Part shown: piece after piece, positions 15,064-20,000 of the stretch
Layout: each line of letters starts with the position of its first letter
How positions within the stretch are numbered: position 1 is the stretch's first letter
IMG/VR virus record: IMGVR_UViG_3300031993_000050
Origin: an uncultured virus (IMG/VR IMGVR_UViG_3300031993_000050)
Taxonomy: Duplodnaviria; Heunggongvirae; Uroviricota; Caudoviricetes
Length of the DNA stretch: 20,000 nt
Reading direction: 5' to 3' (one strand)
Translations under genes and position numbers: made by a program
The notes under the pieces: generated by a model
Told to the model about the DNA's origin: nothing
The model's input: the letters and a program-made list of their open reading frames with translations, nothing else
The model's database searches: none

Positions 15064-15111
15064 CTACCCAAGGCGTAAGCCTCAACCATTATATTAAAAG
15101 GAAAAAATAAT

Positions 15112-16401
15112 ATGGCAAAATCAAATGCTGCAAAATTCAGTGTCGAGGGTGCAACCCTCAATCAAAATGAAGTACGTTTATTCTTGGATAGTGTAATCCG
15201 TCAAGACGGACACCCTATGCCTGTATGTTTATGTGGTAATCCTGGAATTGGGAAATCACAAATCATTCAGGAAGTGTGTAAGAAATACGGTATTACCTAT
15301 GAGAATGGTACTTATCATGAAGTACGTGCGTCCCTTCTAGTAGATAGTTCGGACGTAACTGGTCTGCCTGTCATTCAGAAGTTGGTCGGTCAAGACAAAA
15401 ACGGACAAATGACAGAGTATGGACACGTCACTAAATACTCAATTCCGGATATGTTACCGTGTATCAAACACGATGCAAACGGAAATGAAATAGCAGACGA
15501 ACGTAAACACGTGTTGTTCTTTGATGAAATCAACCGTTCAGCAGACCCGTCAATCATGAACGCAATCTTTCAGTTGACCACAGAGTTCCGTATCGGTGTT
15601 CATAAATTAGTTCCGAATTGTATCGTACTCTTGGCAATCAACCCGGAAAATACAGGATACGCAGTTAATGAAATGTGTCCTGCATTGGTTAACAGAATCA
15701 ACTTCCAATATATGAAAGCGGAAGTTCAACCTTGGTTAGAGTATGCTCGTTCCAAGAATATCGATTCTGTAATCACGGACTTCATTGATGCTAACCCGGA
15801 TGAGTTGGCACAGGACGGTATCGTAACTAATGAAGGTCAGGACAAAAGGTTCCCGACTCCTCGTGCATGGTTCAATGTAGATAAGTTGCTCAAATCTTTA
15901 CACTTATCTTACAACACTACCAGCAAGGCAGCATTAAGTATTAAGTTGATTGCAGGTATCGTTGGATGGCAGAGTGCTACAAAGTTCGTAGCGTTCGCTC
16001 GTACCAATGTACAGGACAGACCTTTAACCGGTAAGGAAGTGTTGAAATCGTATGCAGACGCAACCGATATGCAAGAGAAAGTTCAAGCACTCAATGATAT
16101 GGGTATGCGTTTATATGATACGGTTAAGACCACTACCACTCTTAACTCCTTGAAAGATGAGTTCAAGGCACGTGGTACCAAGATTAAGAAATCAGAGTTG
16201 AGAAACATGTTGGCATTCTTAAAGGATATTGCACCAGAGAATGCTTTGAGTTTCCAAGACTACTTATTAAAAGAAGTAGACAAGGAGTTCAGTGCATGGT
16301 TCTTTAACCAAGTATTCGGTGACGCCGAACTGAAAAAGAATTGGGAGTCATTACAACAAGGCGTAACCAATGTAGGTGTTGGTTCCAGCGACTTGTTATA
16401 A
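15112..16401 (+). CDS. MoxR-like AAA+ ATPase
   Basis: Walker A GNPGIGKS, Walker B LFFDEINR, sensor AIN, ALVNR, FPTPRAW; adjacent to a VWA gene. Confidence 0.92.
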   Translation: MAKSNAAKFSVEGATLNQNEVRLFLDSVIRQDGHPMPVCLCGNPGIGKSQIIQEVCKKYGITYENGTYHEVRASLLVDSSDVTGLPVIQKLVGQDKNGQMTEYGHVTKYSIPDMLPCIKHDANGNEIADERKHVLFFDEINRSADPSIMNAIFQLTTEFRIGVHKLVPNCIVLLAINPENTGYAVNEMCPALVNRINFQYMKAEVQPWLEYARSKNIDSVITDFIDANPDELAQDGIVTNEGQDKRFPTPRAWFNVDKLLKSLHLSYNTTSKAALSIKLIAGIVGWQSATKFVAFARTNVQDRPLTGKEVLKSYADATDMQEKVQALNDMGMRLYDTVKTTTTLNSLKDEFKARGTKIKKSELRNMLAFLKDIAPENALSFQDYLLKEVDKEFSAWFFNQVFGDAELKKNWESLQQGVTNVGVGSSDLL

Positions 16402-16412
16402 GTTCATAGTAC

Positions 16413-16438
16413 GAGGGTGTGGCTCCGGTCACACCCTC
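16413..16438 (+). other. Intergenic RNA stem-loop without U-tract
   Basis: GAGGGTGTGGC-TCCG-GTCACACCCTC, 11 bp with a cUNCGg tetraloop. Confidence 0.7.
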
Positions 16439-16457
16439 ATTGTCTCGGAGGAAATCT

Positions 16458-17930
16458 ATGGCAAAGACAAAAGAAAAAGTAATTAAAATAACAAAAGAGG
16501 ATATTACAGCAGCAGACCTGAGACTCAATAAGGTAATCGTATCCTTCTATACAACACAAGAGTTCTGGACAATTCTTGCTAGTCAGTTCAAACGTGTGCC
16601 TGTGTTAGACCCTCGTCTATCCAATGTGTTAACACGTATTACTGAGAAAGGCATTGAGTTGTTATACAATCCTGTGTATGTAATCAAGGCAACGGAATCC
16701 GAATTAAAGTATCACATTCTGCATGAATGTATCCACCTGATTTATAGACACGCTTACAGATTCGCAGTAAGCGAGGACCAAGTAGATACAAAGCAACTCC
16801 GTAAGAAAACACCGGAAACGGAAATGCCCGTTGCTCCTGCTAAGTCAGCAGACCTAGCAGCAGACTTGATTGTTAACCGTGATGTATCTGAAATCTTAGG
16901 TACGGACGTGGTAGACCATTGTAAAGGGTTGTTGTGTAGAGACCTTAAAGCATTGGGGTATGAGGATAGAGACCGTGGTTATTACTACGGCGAAAAGAAA
17001 ACTCTTAATGAAAAAGATTCTGAATCATTAGAGCAAGAAATCCTCGATACATATACACACGTTAAGTCCAGTAAAGATAGTGGTAACAATCAAGGTCAAA
17101 GCCAACAAAGTCCTTCCGGTAGTGGTGGACAAGGCGATGGTGACGGCGATGGTGATGAACCACAGATGGACGGTGAATCTCAATCCAATGTAAATGGAAA
17201 AGAGGTTCATAAACATTGTGTGGTTGATACTCAAAATCCCCTGCAAAAGCAACTCGGGCAGCACTTCGTTGAGGAAATGATTAAGAACGCAGTTAAGCAA
17301 GCAGGTGGTTCCGGTCAAGGTCACATGCCGAGTAACTTGGAAAGTGAGTTAGAGGCAATCTGTAACCCACCCAAGAAAGATTGGAAAGCAATCCTTAATA
17401 ACTATGTACAGGCAAGTATCCCTGCACAAAGTACAAAGACTTGGGCAAACCTTAACAGAAAGTTTCCGTATCTGTTAAAGGGTAAAAAGAAACGCCGTGT
17501 TCCATTGATTGGTCTGGTTCAAGATACGTCTGGTTCTGTAAGTGACGCAGCCATAAGAGCGTTTTACAGAGAGATTGATAGTATTCGTAAAGTAACCAAG
17601 ACCGATATTGAACTTGTACAGTGCGACGCAGAGATTAGTGATACTCGTATCATTAGTTATAAAGAGAAACTGACTTGGTCAGTAAACGGTCGTGGTGGTA
17701 CAGAGTTTATTCCGGCGTTGGAATACTTTGACAAGACAAAGAGACGACCCGATGTGGTTGTGTTCTTTACAGACTTGGAAGTATGTGACAATGATGTACC
17801 GAGTGAACCCAGAGCGTATAAGATAATCTGGGTGTCGGTCAATAAAGAACAATGTGAACACTTCGCAAATCTCAATAAGTACGGTACGTTTATACACTTG
17901 GATATAGACGAGGCCGACGAGGGAAACTAA
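16458..17930 (+). CDS. DUF2201-type putative metallopeptidase plus C-terminal VWA domain protein
   Basis: HECIH (HExxH), ADLIVN, G/S/Q/D-rich linker, MIDAS DTSGS, GRGGTEF, FFTD; ATG at 16458 after GGAGG. Confidence 0.9.
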   Translation: MAKTKEKVIKITKEDITAADLRLNKVIVSFYTTQEFWTILASQFKRVPVLDPRLSNVLTRITEKGIELLYNPVYVIKATESELKYHILHECIHLIYRHAYRFAVSEDQVDTKQLRKKTPETEMPVAPAKSADLAADLIVNRDVSEILGTDVVDHCKGLLCRDLKALGYEDRDRGYYYGEKKTLNEKDSESLEQEILDTYTHVKSSKDSGNNQGQSQQSPSGSGGQGDGDGDGDEPQMDGESQSNVNGKEVHKHCVVDTQNPLQKQLGQHFVEEMIKNAVKQAGGSGQGHMPSNLESELEAICNPPKKDWKAILNNYVQASIPAQSTKTWANLNRKFPYLLKGKKKRRVPLIGLVQDTSGSVSDAAIRAFYREIDSIRKVTKTDIELVQCDAEISDTRIISYKEKLTWSVNGRGGTEFIPALEYFDKTKRRPDVVVFFTDLEVCDNDVPSEPRAYKIIWVSVNKEQCEHFANLNKYGTFIHLDIDEADEGN

Positions 17931-17931
17931 T

Positions 17932-18261
17932 ATGATTTGCTGGGATGGCAATCAAAAGACTGCTTACCGGTATATCTACGGGTCACTGGTCGTCATGATG
18001 AGAAACGTCACGGCGGCCAGACAGACCTATATAAGACTGGTACAGGTCTTACGCTACACTAAGAAAGAAAGCATCGTCTGCTCACTTGAAGAGTTAAACA
18101 TTGAAGTGTTAGACACTCTCAACAAAGGCAGTGCTGCTTTTATCACTGTGAACTATAAAGGTGAAATCAGTGCAAGCCCTGCGTATATAAAACACCGTGG
18201 GCTTCAAAACTTAATAACGGAGTGGAACAATGAACTTAAAGGAAAAGATTCTGGAAATTAA
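17932..18261 (+). CDS. Hypothetical protein
   Basis: 109 aa with GAGG SD, starting 1 nt after the VWA stop. Confidence 0.75.
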   Translation: MICWDGNQKTAYRYIYGSLVVMMRNVTAARQTYIRLVQVLRYTKKESIVCSLEELNIEVLDTLNKGSAAFITVNYKGEISASPAYIKHRGLQNLITEWNNELKGKDSGN

Positions 18262-18661
18262 AGAGCGTGCCATTATCTGTGGTACGTATATCAAACATGC
18301 CTTCAAGCGTTGGACAGCACCTCGTACCTATGTAGTTGCCTTTACATATAGGAACAAACAAGGTATATATGTGGTTGATTCAATGGTAATGAGAGCAGTA
18401 GTCCCGAGGGTAGCAACCTTAATAGGTGTTATCCAGAAAGACCTTGCTCTGGAAGGTACTGACCTGCGTGTGCTCAGTTTCACAGAGGCACCCGCTTGTC
18501 TGTTCAATGGTATGGTACTTGACGCTGCTGATAAGTTAGTAGCAAACGCCGATAAAGTAGCCGATGACTTAAAACAGAAAGGCGACTTTACGATACAGAC
18601 AGAACCAGAACCAGAGGAACAAGAGGAAGAGGATGAAGACGTATCCGATATGTTCAAGTAG
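18230..18661 (+). CDS. Hypothetical protein with acidic C-terminal tail
   Basis: 143 aa with GGAG SD; ends EPEPEEQEEEDEDVSDMFK. Confidence 0.8.
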   Translation: MNLKEKILEIKERAIICGTYIKHAFKRWTAPRTYVVAFTYRNKQGIYVVDSMVMRAVVPRVATLIGVIQKDLALEGTDLRVLSFTEAPACLFNGMVLDAADKLVANADKVADDLKQKGDFTIQTEPEPEEQEEEDEDVSDMFK

Positions 18662-18669
18662 GAGAAACT

Positions 18670-18837
18670 ATGCCGAACTTACACAACGCAATTAAAGAGG
18701 ATCTCGCCGAGGCCATGCGGATGCAAGATGAGTTTGAGGCTAAGAAAGAAGCGTTAAAGAAACGACAGAAAGACCCAAACTATCTGAATCCAAAATGTTC
18801 GGACGAGGAACTAAACGAAATCTTTGGAGGTAAATAA
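18670..18837 (+). CDS. Small hypothetical protein, 55 aa
   Basis: Not in the track. MPNLHNAIKEDLAEAMRMQDEFEAKKEALKKRQKDPNYLNPKCSDEELNEIFGGK; AGGAG SD. Confidence 0.75.
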   Translation: MPNLHNAIKEDLAEAMRMQDEFEAKKEALKKRQKDPNYLNPKCSDEELNEIFGGK

Positions 18838-18838
18838 T

Positions 18839-19264
18839 ATGTGGGACAGAAAGAGAGCCTGCAAGAACTTAGGTATTCCCTTCCGTATCACAGAACTAGA
18901 CGAAGGAACCAAAGGTTCGTTCAACCTGGCACATAGGTTCATTCATATTGATACCAAGAGTGCCGAGGATGACCGTGTGTGGATTCATGAAATTGCACAC
19001 ACGCTTCTGCACTTCCAAAATTATGAGGCTGCGGCTGTGATTGGAAGGACAGACCTAAATGCTATGGCTGAGTTAGAGGCAGACACGGTTGCCTATATAA
19101 CTGCGAAGGTCATAGGGAAAGAGGATAGACAGGACTACCTCAAATATGTAAAAATGTTTATGAGTCGTTTACCGATTCATAAGCAGTCCGGTGACGTCCT
19201 GCAACAGCGTATGCCGGAATTAGTTAAATTAGTAAAACTTATATTAAATGCCGGAGGAATATAA
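18839..19264 (+). CDS. ImmA/IrrE-like (ArdC/MPTase-type) zinc metallopeptidase
   Basis: KGSF..IHID..IHEIAHTLLH..ELEADTVAY; ATG at 18839 after GGAGG. Confidence 0.82.
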   Translation: MWDRKRACKNLGIPFRITELDEGTKGSFNLAHRFIHIDTKSAEDDRVWIHEIAHTLLHFQNYEAAAVIGRTDLNAMAELEADTVAYITAKVIGKEDRQDYLKYVKMFMSRLPIHKQSGDVLQQRMPELVKLVKLILNAGGI

Positions 19265-19265
19265 T

Positions 19266-20000
19266 ATGGCAAATGTAGAAACCAAAACTGCAAATGAACA
19301 AATGTTAGACGGTATGTCTAACTTCATAACCCCAGACCAATGGAGAACGCTCTTGAACGACCGTATCAACTATGCTCCTGGGGCTGACAATGAACTTCTC
19401 TTATCAAAGGAGTTCATCTTAAAGTATAAGAACCACATGCTCCTTAGTTCTTTACCACTCTACTGTATGATAGCGTGGGATAAGAAACAACTGGACAAAG
19501 AGTTCTTGAAAAGATTCTGGAACTTCATTGACTTCACGGAAGGTAATGACTTGCTCTTAGATTTCCAAGAGTTCAGTGGTAGTTCAAAAGGATTCTTAGA
19601 CGCCTACAAAGAGATGTGTGATATGACCGATGTAGCGTTAATTCACTCAGGCGATGTGGCTCCGTTCACAATGGAACAGTTAGATAAAAGACCGTTCCAC
19701 TACAACGGGGAACAATGGACTGCATCTCTCAATAAAATGAAAGAGATTAAGAAAGAGTTCTTAGAGAAGTATATCCACATGGTAGACTTCTTGGCAGTGT
19801 TGAACAACCCGAACTTAACCAATGACCAACGTAGAGAGTTGCGTGATTACTTCGGTGTTAAAGTTCCGAAAAATAAGAACGACAATGAACACAGTAAAGA
19901 ACTCTACTTGTTCCCGTGCGGTGCCGTATTGGAAGGCGAGAATTGGAGAGATATGTCAGCAGGTTTGGCGTACCTCAAAAATAAGAACCGCTTTGCTATC
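19266..20000 (+). CDS. Helical repeat protein (LSKEFI.KY-type repeats), runs off window
   Basis: Not in the track. Open from ATG 19266 (GGAGG SD) to the window end. Repeats LSKEFILKYKNHM, LDKEFLKRFWNFID, SSKGFLDAYKEMCD, IKKEFLEKYIHMVD. Confidence 0.82.
   Translation, partial: MANVETKTANEQMLDGMSNFITPDQWRTLLNDRINYAPGADNELLLSKEFILKYKNHMLLSSLPLYCMIAWDKKQLDKEFLKRFWNFIDFTEGNDLLLDFQEFSGSSKGFLDAYKEMCDMTDVALIHSGDVAPFTMEQLDKRPFHYNGEQWTASLNKMKEIKKEFLEKYIHMVDFLAVLNNPNLTNDQRRELRDYFGVKVPKNKNDNEHSKELYLFPCGAVLEGENWRDMSAGLAYLKNKNRFAI

Larger units (their letters stand above)
1..20000. mobile_element. Large bacteriophage genome segment (nucleotide metabolism arm, putative terminus/control region, early gene arm)
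   Basis: Dense, co-oriented, mostly hypothetical small ORFs with overlapping stop/start codons. Stand-alone groES, class III RNR, metallophosphoesterase and MoxR/VWA genes. No host housekeeping synteny. No structural genes or integrase seen in the window. Confidence 0.85.

Noticed and set aside
51..18657. Numerous antisense or nested ORFs in the track (e.g. 980-1243, 5700-6083, 6456-6839, 11041-11328, 17028-17324, 18328-18657)
   Set aside because: Shadows of better-supported genes on the opposite strand or frame; no SD or recognisable motifs.
1..20000. Stop-codon reassignment
   Set aside because: TAG, TGA and TAA all end genes at tight junctions with the next SD or start, and known proteins are full length in code 11.
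1..20000. tRNA or rRNA genes
   Set aside because: No cloverleaf or T-arm context recognised in the few intergenic gaps; not verified with tRNAscan.
8902..20000. General palindrome avoidance in the right arm
   Set aside because: GGCC, CCGG, GTAC, TCGA, CATG and TGCA all occur there; among the tetramers I checked, clear depletion is limited to GATC and AGCT.

Overview
This 20 kb window looks like part of a large tailed-phage genome in the standard genetic code, with sigma70-type promoters and probably an anaerobic host. Left arm (1-8.77 kb, mostly minus strand): a class III ribonucleotide reductase system. NrdD is split into a large catalytic subunit lacking the glycyl-radical motif and a separate 65-aa glycyl-radical-domain protein, with groES between them. 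Nearby are a partial nrdG with an atypical CX3CX3C motif, a metallophosphoesterase, an MmcB-like PD-(D/E)XK nuclease in a small inverted cassette, and many hypothetical genes. Centre (8.77-9.55 kb): a non-coding strand-switch region with a GGTCA-built tandem repeat, three copies of a bipartite GCGACA-N11-AATATACT..AGTATA motif each followed by a T-free tract, and a G/C-run stem-loop. Right arm (9.55-20 kb, all plus strand): tightly packed early-type small genes (DUF6876-like, Zn ribbon), a MoxR AAA+/VWA-metallopeptidase pair, an ImmA/IrrE-MPTase-like protease and a helical repeat protein. By hand count, GATC and AGCT are common left of ~8.9 kb (~26 and ~23 sites) and almost absent to the right (1 each in ~11 kb). 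This suggests the central region is the physical genome end or terminal-repeat boundary and the right arm is first-injected DNA. All family calls come from motif recognition by eye, not database searches.
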